DNA of 62,029 nucleotides, the filler included, from Choristocarpus tenellus KU-1152 (Eukaryota; Protista; Phaeophyceae): NCBI GenBank assembly GCA_964200185.2. It is 11 parts of 11 records of this genome, joined end to end, with 100 filler letters (N's around TTAATTAATTAA, not from the genome) between each part and the next. Parts side by side here need not be neighbours in the genome. Positions count along the whole stretch, not along the records: positions 40,757 to 52,287 come from CAXNAD020002276.1; positions 52,388 to 59,406 come from CAXNAD020006849.1; positions 59,507 to 62,029 come from CAXNAD020027084.1; 8 more parts are not named here. The stretch is one strand, 5' to 3'. This document shows positions 50,698 through 62,029 of the stretch, piece after piece. Position numbers and translations under genes: made by a program. The stretch's first letter is position 1. The number at the start of each line of letters is the position of its first letter. A model generated the notes under the pieces. The model ran no database searches and was not told the origin of the DNA. It saw only the letters and a program-made list of their open reading frames with translations.

Positions 50698-52429
50698 GGG
50701 CGAGGATTGTACTGTGATAGAATGGAGTCAGGGTTATGGGTGTACTGGATCAGGCGCTTGGGGAGGTTGCAGAGGTTACTTGGCAGAGAGTTGAGATGTA
50801 ATGAGATGACGACAAGTGGTTATTGGTTATCTCATGTTGCCTACTTGGCCTCAATGCTTTATTGCTGTGCTCTCAGCATGTTGCTTTTGTGGAAGTTTTT
50901 TTTTGCGTTGTCTGTTGGTGTGTGTGTGTGTGAGTGTACTGTTGAATCCATTGCTGCTATTATGGTAATACCTGGATGGTGTTTGTTTTATTTAGTTTCG
51001 GTTAGTGTTAGGGTTACACATGGGGGGATGTAAATAGAGCTGCGGAAATTTGTGGTTCGCCGATTTTCTTGAGAAATTGGTGGGGTTTGCCACTGACTTG
51101 CCGACTATTATGGAGGTTAGGATTGGGGTCGGTACGAGGTTTTCTCACAGACAGTATATTATTGTTGTTGTGCTAAGCTCAGAATATGGTGAAGAGTTAT
51201 TTTTTGCAGTCAAAAGGTACAGCAGTCCATGAGACTGAGACCATGGTAGCATCCTTGACTGTGAAACATGTGTTAGAATCGGGTAATGCGCTTGGGGCAC
51301 GGCCATAATGCATGTCATAGTTGTTACACCTCGAAGGCATTGTTTGGAGCGGTTTGTTGTTGGGGTATGCTGCTGCTCTACGTAACGGTCTCATTTTTAG
51401 GTCTAGTGTAGAAAGGTTGACATTATTGTTGTATTGTGGCAGTGGTGGTGGCCGTATTGTCATAGAAGGAGATAGATGCGTGTCTAGTCACATCAGGTGT
51501 GATGTGAAGAATGTTCTCTTGAGTATTTTCGAGAGTATCAACTAGCTCTAACCTTAATTTTTTTCTTATATATCACAAACGTAACATTAGAAAGGGTTCC
51601 AATATCAACCAGTGGACACATCTCGTTCATGGAAAATGAAATATTTTCTTCCTTTGATATCCAATCTATCTCTCTTTTTCATGGTATCTATTATTTTAGT
51701 GTTAGTATGTTATTGGAGACTTATCATAATTTGGTTACTGCTACAAGAGACATTTGTTCATTGTTGGGGCCCCTAGTTTCCCCCCTTCCCCAACGTGTTT
51801 TGCTCAATAGCACAACACATACTGAATTATTTTAATACTAAGTATGATTGCGTTGTCTCCTTGGTTGTAACCACCATGATATGCAGCTATATACACAAAA
51901 CCTATGTGTGCATGTCTATGTGCATTGGTAGTCAAGTCAGTCTGTCAGGTTTAGGCTCTGCAGATTCATTCAGAAATGTAGATTGGGTACCATCTTACCG
52001 TCTAGCCGCACTTTCTAGATATGCTCATCTATACTCACATGGTCCAATAATCTATAGCCAGTGTGCCTGTCTTTTGTTGAGGGTTTGGAAGGAACAATGG
52101 ACAAGTATGTGGTGGGTGGATAATTGGGAGTGGTTACCTGGAGTTACGAAAACAGTACCTCATTAAATCATCGCAACAGGTAGTGCTTGTGAATACAGCA
52201 TGAAACAGTGGATTTTAAAAATTGAGTATGGAGCGTACTATTGAGAATGGTTTTGACCAAAAATGGTGCGGAAAAAGTGCCGATATGNNNNNNNNNNNNN
52301 NNNNNNNNNNNNNNNNNNNNNNNNNNNNNNNTTAATTAATTAANNNNNNNNNNNNNNNNNNNNNNNNNNNNNNNNNNNNNNNNNNNNACACCCTCCATCA
52401 TTAAATTCTCCCCACCCCACCCCCGCCGC

Positions 52430-52461
<32 letters not shown>

Positions 52462-52527
52462 CCCCCCCCCCCCCCCCCCCCCCCTCCCTTCCAACAAAAA
52501 ACCTGCATGACCAACATGATTGCACAC

Positions 52528-55500
52528 CTGGCCATTGGCTGCGATGATAGCGTCCACCTCCTCTACAATGTCCAGATATATCTCGTTCTGCGTATACTTC
52601 ACTCCTGCCTTTCTCCAGGGCATGGAAGATACAGTTCCGTCAGGAAGCACATCTGAAATGTTGCTCTGGGGCCAGGGGAGTCAAACATCGGGGGCAGAAG
52701 GACAGAGGGTTAGGGTGGACAGGATTGACAGGGTACACTTGGGACAGGGAAGGTTCAGAAAGGTGACTAGATGTTTTCGGGGGGCGCGGGGGGGGGAGGG
52801 GGAGGGGGGCAGGGGGGAGGGGCAAGAAAGAGAGTGTGTGCAGTAGGAGAAGACATTTGTCAACCGATGCCTGAAAGAAGTGCTGCACAACAGAAAGTGA
52901 CATTGAATCAGAAAAAAAAAAATGGCAGTGCATGGCGAGATCAACTTGATCAGGGCAGTCTACGTCGTCACTCAAAACACACAAACTAGACAAAAGATCA
53001 ACTTTGTTGAGGGGCAGAAAGTGGAGCCAGATCCACTTTCAAACCCAGCATTTGTTGACTGGAGTGTCAGAGGTACTCTGGACTGTGAAGAGCATTATCG
53101 CATGCCGATAAGCTGATTCATGAGCAGCTCAAAACAAATGAGCAAACTAGAGGCAAGCCAATAAAACAGTGACAAAGTCGTTTGAAGACCATTCGGTGGC
53201 CCATCCCCCCCCCCAAAACAAATATATATATATGAAAAAAATACATGCAGCTTCCTTGCGAAAAACACTTATAAACATTCAAAAAACGATGGCCCATTTC
53301 AAGGGGGGGAGACTGTGGTCCAACCCTGATATTTAAAAAGGAGGTGTGGTTTCCAATGCATGACAAAAAAGAGCTAATCCAAAAAGTGATCTGCTCGTGT
53401 ATCAACTCCAAAGCTATCACCGAGGCAATCACGAAGGTCTAAGCTGCCAGAGTAACGGACGCAGTCTCAACGCCAAAGATTGGCTCACAAATGATCCCGT
53501 AACTCATGGAGGAGGAAAGTGTGGTACATTGTATCCTGTTGGATGCAGAGAACGGTCTGGCCTTAACCAAGGCCAACGTCTTACACAAACAAGGTGGGAC
53601 AAACTGCCAAGGACGGATAAACCCTGTGCCATGGGATGTACAAAAGGTAGTATTATCGTAGTTGTACTAGATAACATTTTGAAGGGTAAAATATTCCAGC
53701 CCTATGATTGGTCGGATCGGAGTAAGGGGAGATTAGATCCACCTCCACGACATACATTGATGGGGACTGGGGATGCCATTACAATAGGGGCCCGTGAAAA
53801 GTCACCACAGCACATCACTGTGGACCTCCTGAATAAATCTATAAGGCTGTGAAGGCAACTATCAGCAATCTGAATATACTCTCAGCAGTTTGTATACACT
53901 ATTAGCAGTCTATAAACGCAAATAGCAGTCTGTATACACTAGAACAAAGAACGCCCTCATAGCATCTATAGTATTCCACTGGGCAAAAAACCCAGCAGGC
54001 AAGGCCATCTTCAAGACAAGGTCAATGGATGAAGGGTGACCAATGGGAGGTAAATATTCCACTTTTACCTTCTGATTTCGCTAGTCTGCAATGCACATTT
54101 GTATCAAGAAAAAGTTCCCATTTAGACCTGCCTTGAGATTCAAAAGACATGGACAACGAGAGCAGAGAGCAAGCAACATCTTGGCCTAGAAAAAAAGCAA
54201 AGATGCCAAATGCTTGTATGCTACAGGTGGACAACACAAAGTAAGGAAATGGTACACACGGCCAGCAACGATTTCATTAATCCAGTAAAATTATGCAAAA
54301 TGCATGGTAGAACATCAACTAGTTAAATATAGTTGCCCTCCAAAGGTGGGCTGAACAACAGATCTCTTTAACACAGCACGCTCCATCTTTTAAAATCCCA
54401 GTTCAAGCGTTCACCATAAAGGGGGTTAAAGTGTTGAGCTAATACATCACACAGATACCAACACCCACTGGAAACAGACAGGTACACATGGATATATAAG
54501 GTATTTCAACTACTTCACATGCACATGAAAGGTCAAAATATAACAGTCTATGTTGGGGAGGTGTCAATTCACATTGTGTGGCTTCATGCACTACTCTTCT
54601 CCCTACTCCCCCCCCCACCCACTGCACCATACCTTTCCAATAGCAGCAGCCACCATGCGGTCGAAAGTGGTGGGGGGCTTGATCATGGCTTTCAGGGCAT
54701 TCGGCTCTGTTGTCAGTGGGTATCCATTGTCCATCATTTCTTCCAGTAGTTGATACACAAGGCTGAAGCTCTCTTTAATGGCCAGCTCGTCAACTCTCCC
54801 AAGGTAGTCTCCCATGATATCGAACACCCGGTGCAAGAACTCGATCACCTAGGAATTACGTCATGTCCAAGGGGTCAAAAGTGTCCCCCACAGTTTGATG
54901 AAGCATCCCCAACAATCCGGGGGCAATACTATGATTGAGTACATTGTGCAGGTTAGGGTTATGGTGGTACAATGAGTGGGAGTTTAACATAGGGAGGGGA
55001 CAATTGATGACTGTGAGGAGAAGGAGGTAGGCAATCGGCATCAAGATCAGGTATCTCCACCCTCCAAGGTCATTCTTGGTTGTTGCAGATGCTTAGCATC
55101 ATGATCAGAGTATTGAAATGCGAACTGAAAGAATGTGAATGTCTACAAAAGCGTATGTATTACACCATTGTGGACAATTGAATCAGTAGTTTCAAAACAC
55201 TTTGCTTTCCACACATCTCTAAACAATTTGGTTTGTGTCAACTCAAAACAAGAACTACATAGAGGAGACTTACAGCATTAAATCAAGGGTTGAATCCAAA
55301 TCAGTGACTCACCTGCAGTGGCATGACATCGACAGTAACTGTAGCAAGCAAGAACACATCGTCTCGGCACACATGGATGAGGTAGTACTTGGAAGTCTGA
55401 CAACGCCACAAAGCGCCACAAACAAGGTGGGAGCGACGAATGAGAGGATGTCATGGCTGAGGGGGGAACACTGCGTATGCGACGACAATATCAAGCTCTT

Positions 55501-55886
55501 AATTCCATCATGCGAGGGTGATTCAAAAGCGACAGCCCGCTTGGGTTCACACAAGTAAAGGCACAAATCCAACACAACGAACGAGGTGCTGAATCGCAAC
55601 GCCAGCCCATTGGTAGTTGTCTGTACATCCTCGGGATATATGAAAAGATACCTATCAAATGTCAATCAGTACCACGACAGTTCATCAAGCGATAAAATCG
55701 CTGCGGGACAAACTTTCATGAGTAGTTGGAGCGTACCTGGAGTATAGGTGGCACAGCCTCTAATCCGTCGTGTCGTTTAACCTCGTCCCAAAAAAAGTCG
55801 CACACGTTTCTTGCCGTAACACCTCTCCAATGTTTCTCAATCATCACTTCTCCATTCTTGCTCATGATGAAGAGGGATTGAATCAT
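52528..55886 (-). CDS. AP3M: AP-3 adaptor complex mu subunit, N-terminal part; exons 55886-55737, 55396-55313, 54848-54633 and 52665-52528 (rest beyond gap)
   Basis: MIQSLFIMSKNGEVMIEKHWRG...|TSKYYLIHV...|VIEFLHRVFD...VYQLLEEMMDNGYPLTTEPNALKAMIKPP...|SNISDVLPDGTVSSMPWRKAGVKYTQNEIYLDIVEEVDAII; EKHW and PLTTEPNxLKxxIxPP are mu3 signatures; all introns phase-0 GT-AG. Confidence 0.93.
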
Positions 55887-56619
55887 CCTTGCTCGAGTTG
55901 GTGAATGAACCAATCAATAACAAGTGTAAGTAGAGAAAGCTAATGAGAGTAACTCACAGCACCGACCCATACACGCCCCTCTCTGGATTGATTGCACGTG
56001 CTTGAACTAAGGATTTGTTTTTTCCAAAGCCGGTTTGACAGTGTGGGAAAGAATACCACAGCAAAGACAATCCCACGTAGCTACCTATTCGTCACAGGTC
56101 TGAGCTAAGTCCTCCCTATTTCTTCCTCCAAAAATAAGGTACTCCCATCCACCAAGCAAGAAATCCTGATAAGCTAGCGCGATGTCCTTAGCAAAGAATC
56201 CACGCTCACTTTAACATCTACAACTTGTTGCTCGCTACAGGAACTTTCTACTATACTGCTGTTTTGTTGCTTCCAGATAAGACAGTTTGGTTGGAAACAA
56301 GGTTTGGTAGAGACAACGCATGTGTATATATTCGTTCCAATACAAACAATAAAAAGTACAATATGTTATTGAAGAAGTGGAGTAATTGTACATGAACTGG
56401 AATGCGCGACTAGTGGTATCAGAAGTAGGTTCACCCTCTGGGGTTGTACCGTCATAACTTTTTGGTGTAGACATCGGATTTAGAAGCATATTCGTGATGC
56501 CTGTCACGGTGCCCTTCAGATTGTAGGCCACCAACCACCAAGAGTGGGAACAGATACACTATTACTTGATTACAAAGTATAGGGTTTAGAGTGGAAAAAG
56601 CCTCCCCACCCTTTCTTCC

Positions 56620-57502
56620 TGTGTGTTCGCGCACCTACTCTTTGACCTCGGGAAGGATGTCCTCGTCGAGGCCCAGAACGAAACGCCTCTCGTCGCACCC
56701 TTGCTCCGACACCTTGATATGGCCCTTAGTTAGGAAGTCTCTCTCCCATTCACTCACAGTTTCCGACATGACCATCGCATATCCTGCTGCCATCTTGAGC
56801 GCCGTTTGACGGCTTTTTCCGTCGTTCGTACACAGGTACAGGATTCATAGTCTTAGAGCCTTTACTATCACATTCCCTCGTCGAGCGCCGGAAATGGGTT
56901 ACCTTCTTTCGGGCTTCACAGCCCTTGTAGCCCAACCCTAACGCCTTATTTCTCGTTTCCTAAGCCGCTCTGGCTCACATAGCTTCCAAATAGCCAGGGC
57001 CTGCTGCAACTGTTGACTACTAAGATATTTTACACCTCTGGGTTTTCGCTCAGGCGTTTCCTGAGCGCAATGGGACACAGTCACACTGCTCTCCTCCCCA
57101 TCCTTCCCTTCGGCTGGTCACTCTGGTTCTCCCTTCGCCCACCACGACCAGGTTTCCCCACAGACTTCTCACTGTGATGGACTCGCCACTCTCTTCCTGT
57201 TTTCCCAAGGTTGCAGAGACTGCAGAGCAGGTTTCCGACGTGGTTGAAGACCCAACCACGTTTGTGTGGTAATGCTTTTCATGCATCTTCTCTCAGCGTC
57301 AGTGTCGCAACCGTGTGATCCATTTCGCGATTTGATCATGCTGCTGCACCACACTTCTCGCACTATCTTGTCACCTAACAACGCACTGAGTGTCACACGG
57401 TACTTGCTTTCCCGTCGCCTCTCGACAGAGAAGGTACCAAGGGTAAATCCAGGAGGCAGAGTGGCCTCGGCGGCTCTCCTTGTCTCACCGTCGTCGCTCA
57501 TA
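56620..57502 (-). pseudogene. Possible decayed DNA-transposon ORF (Zn-finger-like region plus HTH-like region)
   Basis: GC-rich frameshifted ORF; ETVSEWERDFLTKGHIKVSEQGCDERRFVLGLDEDILPEVKE resembles N-terminal regions of IS630/Tc1-like transposases from memory only. Confidence 0.3.
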
Positions 57503-58149
57503 TTGCTGTATAAGTCACGTGTGTGTGTGCTCACAGAAATTCTGCAAAAGGCCTTAGAAAGATGTCCGGAAGTCTTGTTTTTTTTTTCGGTAGAGCCGCA
57601 TCAGCCACACTTAGGCAGCGAACTGCCTCGGACCAGGTTTCTGCAAGGAGTTCAGTCAACCACTTCATTTTTGTCCTTTTAAGTCGTGACCCTCAAAATT
57701 GTGCCAGAGATGTCCCCGCGTCTTTTTCCATTATTTATTCGGGGTATAGCTCTTGTTCCCCGATGCCTGGGCATTTGTGGATACAAACCTTCAAATCCTC
57801 TTGTCATACCCTTTCATTTGATATATATATTGTTGTATATCTTTTTTGTGGTTACGGTGAAAAAATTCAAGATTGCCACAGAGGGTGAGGCTACTGGTAT
57901 CACCTTACACACGGTATGATGATCTATCCTTTGGTGGATTCTTCGGTCTCCGGTCTGCCTTTCTTTGCTGGGTTGGCATCCATCATGGTAGCAGATTGGA
58001 GGAGGAGGAGTGAGATAGTGACTGGAGACACGAGTCGAAGAGTGATATCTTGTTGTCCTGTGATACTATTGAGTTTTTCTCCCACAAACCATTACACTAT
58101 TGTAATCCAATAACCTTTCAACCACCCCTTAGGTACAGACCCCCTCCAA

Positions 58150-59400
58150 ACCGACGTTGAAGGCGACAGCAAATGGCTGAAACTGGTGAGGCATCTAGCT
58201 TGCAAAAAAGGTTCTTGACACTACCTCCACAAGGAGGGTGGAAGGATAGCATAGTTTCCCATGGGGACCAGCTTGTTTCTATCAACACCTGCTAGAGTTC
58301 ACTGTAAAGAAGACCAGGCAGGATTTGTCCCAACACATCCGCGACGAATCTGGCAGGCTACTGAGAGGAGAGTAAGAACTCATCATCAAGGAATAGTGGG
58401 AGCGACACTTGAAGGTGCCTTTAACTGATAAGTCAGTCATCCTCGACCTCAATAAAAGCAGTACTGAACCCTCAACCTACAATCCACATACGAAATGGAA
58501 CTCACACGCTGATGATGCACAAATAATACTAATTTTTTCGAAGTAGCAGAAACAACCGTGCTATGGTAAACGGGAAGGTGATCAGACCAGATGATCCCCA
58601 GCGTAAATTATTATACTAGTTTGACCTGGACAAGGAGAAGATATCCTGCAGGTTTACCACAAAAGATCAAAGGAGAAAATAGAATATGGCACAGGTAGGT
58701 TTGGATGGAGGTGCTCATCAAGGCGCTTCACAATAAGGATCAGGTCAATTGTGGCAGCTACAGAGCATTCTAACTGGTGGTGGCACACGCTGGCCAATCG
58801 ATTGTCGAGGTTGTTGGACAATGACTGGGAAGCTTCCTTAAACGGGGGAATATACTCATGACGAACAACTGTGTGGTTTCTGACCTTGATGATCGACAGA
58901 AGACGTGATGTACACTCCACATGCCCTCCAGGAGCTCAGACAAGAAATGCGTATACCTCTGTTCATCGTGTGTTTATTGACCCACTACTGCTACAAAACA
59001 CAAAATATTATGACTCGGTTGACTGCATTTCCTGTGGGCTGTGCCTGCCAAGGTTGGAGCGCCTTATAAGAAGGATGATCTTAATCATCCACCAGTTGCA
59101 TGTTGAAAGATAGGCATATTTTCTGCATGGATGTTGGAGAGTGTACGGACTGGTTTGGCTCAAAGTATCTGGGGGGGGGATAGTGGGTGTCCATTTGGGG
59201 CCTATTTTTCAATGTCGCAATTTTTGGGTAATTTGGTTGCATGGGTTGGATGGATGATGTAAGTTCACTTCTTCTGGTCAGGGGTGAATGGACACCCTGG
59301 TGTAGACCCCCCCCCCGGGTACTTTGAGCTGTTTGAGGGGTGCATTGCCTCCATCCTCTTCTTCAACATATTACCTTCGAGGCATCATCAGTGAATAAAT
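58150..59400 (+). pseudogene. Decayed LINE (RTE-like) reverse transcriptase
   Basis: QHIRDESGRLLR, MVNGKVIRPD, IKALHNKDQVNCGSYRAF*LVVAHAG, EQLCGF*P**STEDVM...LQEL...IPLF, FID and a GC...LFFNI-like remnant after the MITE insertion. Confidence 0.82.
59157..59330. mobile_element. MITE family B (Sola-like), full length, 174 bp, inserted in the LINE
   Basis: GTTT|GGCTCAAAGTATCTGGGGGGG ... CCCCCCGGGTACTTTGAGCT|GTTT; perfect 4-bp TSD. Confidence 0.9.
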
Positions 59401-60910
59401 TCCTATNNNNNNNNNNNNNNNNNNNNNNNNNNNNNNNNNNNNNNNNNNNNTTAATTAATTAANNNNNNNNNNNNNNNNNNNNNNNNNNNNNNNNNNNNNN
59501 NNNNNNTGGTAAAATACACAAGTGTGCCCACAAAAATTTGCAGCATTTGTCCAAGTATATACACATGCCTACATCTACCGGGGGGGTGGGCAACAAAAAA
59601 AATAACAAGAGCAGACAAGCTGTACATGATGAAGTACATAAAGTGGGTCTCATCAACACACCTGGAACAGAAGTGGAGCAATGCACTCTAGAGTAACCCT
59701 CCGGATGGTGTCCACTGTGTAGAGCGAAAACAGCTCAAGTCGTAGCTTATTCACATCGAACTGCTCCAGTAGCCAAACACACCGCCACCAGCACCGCCAC
59801 CAGCACGCAAAATATTGCAGGGATAAAGAGTGTTTTCGTGGAGAGCAAAAATGTGAGAGGCATCACTCATTAAATAAAGAAATGGTCAAGAGAGGCAAGA
59901 GCAGGGAGGGGCTTGATGGTCATTTGAAATATATATATATATATTATGGAGTAATACAAGTTAAGCAATATCGGGATCGTTTATGATCGTTCATACTCTT
60001 TAATGAAGAGTAGAAAAAAAAACTTCAAGAGTCAAGTCCCCCGATATCAGATCCTTTCCCCCGATTCAAAGAGGAGTAAGAAAATCCTTACAAAGAGATA
60101 TAAATCATGTACTTGCTAATATGTAGTATATAATATAAATAAAAATTTCTGTGTGTTGTTGTACTGGGGGAAGGAGGGGGGGTGCTACATGTGAGATCAA
60201 ATTAGTGCAGAACGAGGCCAACCCGATTTTTTTTTTTAAGTTGTATGAGGTACTGCCACAGAGGTGAAGACAGAAATCATTAACAGGAATCATTAAGTTC
60301 ATTTCAAGGAAAAAAGAAGAAAGTGGAACAAAGACGCACCCACAAAAGTCGAGTCTGGGAGCAAGGGATACACAAGTAGGCCCACAAGGGTTAGTTGTGG
60401 AACTTACCAACAGCAACAATAGCAACTTATTGTGGTCACCTAACCCTAACCCTATAAATATATAAATAATATGACTCTAAAAAACTCGTTTCTCAGAAAA
60501 GTTCCTTTATATAATATTTTTTAACTAACGTAACAAAACAGTAGTTTCTTAACTGTGTCACGATACATCAATCCGTACCGTATGTACATGAGCTTACATC
60601 AACATACATCAACATACATCAACGCACTCACTCATCATACTTTTGTGATTCTTGTAACACTCTCCCTTCTCCCTCCATGGCAGTAGTGTACCAACTGCCG
60701 CATGTCCACGGCTTACCTTTTCCCTGTCATACCTTTTCCCCGTCTGGAGGTCTCATTCACCTCAGCCACAGCAAACTTCCATTTTAATCTCTAACCAAAA
60801 ACATAATTACACACACACGTAGATATACAGGCACAGTACAGTACATAGTGGCGACATGTTTAAACTCTAACCGGCAAACAGGAGACCTAAACATAAAAAA
60901 AATAAGGAAA

Positions 60911-61262
60911 CTATAATAAAATGAAATGTATATAATATAATGTAATATACAGTATATAACATAATGTAATATAAATAATATGATGTAATGTAATACTTAT
61001 AATAAAATGAAAAGTAATATGATGTAAAGTAATACTTACAATAAAATCAAAAGTAATATGTATAATGTAATGTAATATAAATAATATGATGTAATGTAAT
61101 GTAATATAAATAATATGATGTAATGTAATACTTAGAATAAAATGAAAAGTAATATGTATAATGTAATGTAATATAAATAATATGATGTAATGTAATACTG
61201 ATAATAAAATGAGAAGTAATATGTATAATGTAGTGTAATGTAATATAAATAATAAAATGTAA
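60911..61262. repeat. AT-rich compound repeat built on TAATG/TAATA units
   Basis: Recurrent AATGTAATATAAATAATATGATGT and ATAAAATGAAAAGTAATATG blocks. Confidence 0.85.
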
Positions 61263-62029
61263 CAACAGTAGCAAGAAGTACTAGATCTGCAATAAAAAAA
61301 CACAAAACAAATTTTCAAAGCAAACTACATTATTTTATTTTTTTCACCTGCATGGAGGGAAAAGCTGCTGTACAGTATATAATGCAATAAAAAAAAATGA
61401 CTAAAACAAATGTATAAAGAAAATTGAAGGCACAATTTACGTAATTCATCTCTTTTCCAATAAGCGACTCATTATAAATTCATCTCTTTTCCTCACCACA
61501 AGTAGAAGCTTCATCTGTTCTACAGCAGATACAACTCCTTTAAAACTATATATATATTTATGTATATAAAACCTGAAATATTTATATCCTTCAATTGTTT
61601 TTATTTACATACGAATCAATCATTTTAAAAAATATGTAGGAATATCTTCTTATCTTCACTGGTCCCAAAAAGTACATCAAAAAATATAAAAAAATATTAA
61701 GTACAAAACCAAAAAAAAAAAAAAAAAAAAAAATCCACCCACATCGCGAAAAGCCAGCATCAACATCAATCAACATCAACAATACTCTCTTCACGTTCAT
61801 CAGTATTATTATTATTATTATTATTATTAATTTTTATTATTCAGCACAACAAAAAGGGGGGGCAAGACAATCAATACACCATAAATAAATTTTAAAAAAA
61901 CACACAAGCGCCACCGCCCAAACAAACGCCTCCGACGAAATAACTCTTACCATCAAACTTTTTTTTTTTTTTTTTTTTTTTTTTCCTCTCCCCTCCCCTC
62001 TCCCCCCTCTTTCGTTTTTGAACTCCAGG

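Noticed and set aside
51035-51550. TAGAGCT...AGCTCTA as hAT termini
   Set aside because: Only 7 bp of inverted match and no 8-bp TSD.
16723-55886. C2 protein, MCU and AP3M as a calcium/trafficking gene cluster
   Set aside because: They are on different contigs joined artificially.
59570-60795. Possible minus-strand exons (CVDETHFMYFIMYSLSALVIFF; KWKFAVAEVNETSRRGKG)
   Set aside because: Too short, phases not linkable and no homology recognised.

Overview
Eukaryotic DNA that is not one locus. It is 11 short contigs joined by ten artificial ~100-bp spacers (about 44 N + TTAATTAATTAA + about 44 N), so gene neighbourhoods across spacers mean nothing. Long GT-AG introns, scattered TTAGGG runs and the protein styles suggest a stramenopile alga, possibly brown-algal (inference only). 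Hand-spliced partial genes: AP-3 mu subunit (AP3M, 4 exons), a mitochondrial calcium uniporter (MCU, WDIMEP motif, 3 exons), a PUL-domain PLAA/Doa1 homolog, a C2-domain protein, and three unidentified multi-exon genes. Introns and intergenic DNA are full of decayed mobile DNA: a full-length Stowaway/Osmar-type mariner with D40D spacing, a Copia element in the last MCU intron, two LINE remnants, a 628-bp foldback element, and a MITE carrying CCCTAA repeats. There are also about 19 full or partial copies of two MITE families that share GRSYCAAAGTATCT termini and 4-bp target-site duplications (Sola-like). These MITEs nest inside each other, the mariner and a LINE, and sit at 7 contig ends. No rRNA, tRNA or CRISPR array is supported, and I found no convincing novel multi-gene system. 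The best leads are the Sola-like MITE pair, the nested TE stack and telomere-like repeats at intron branch points.
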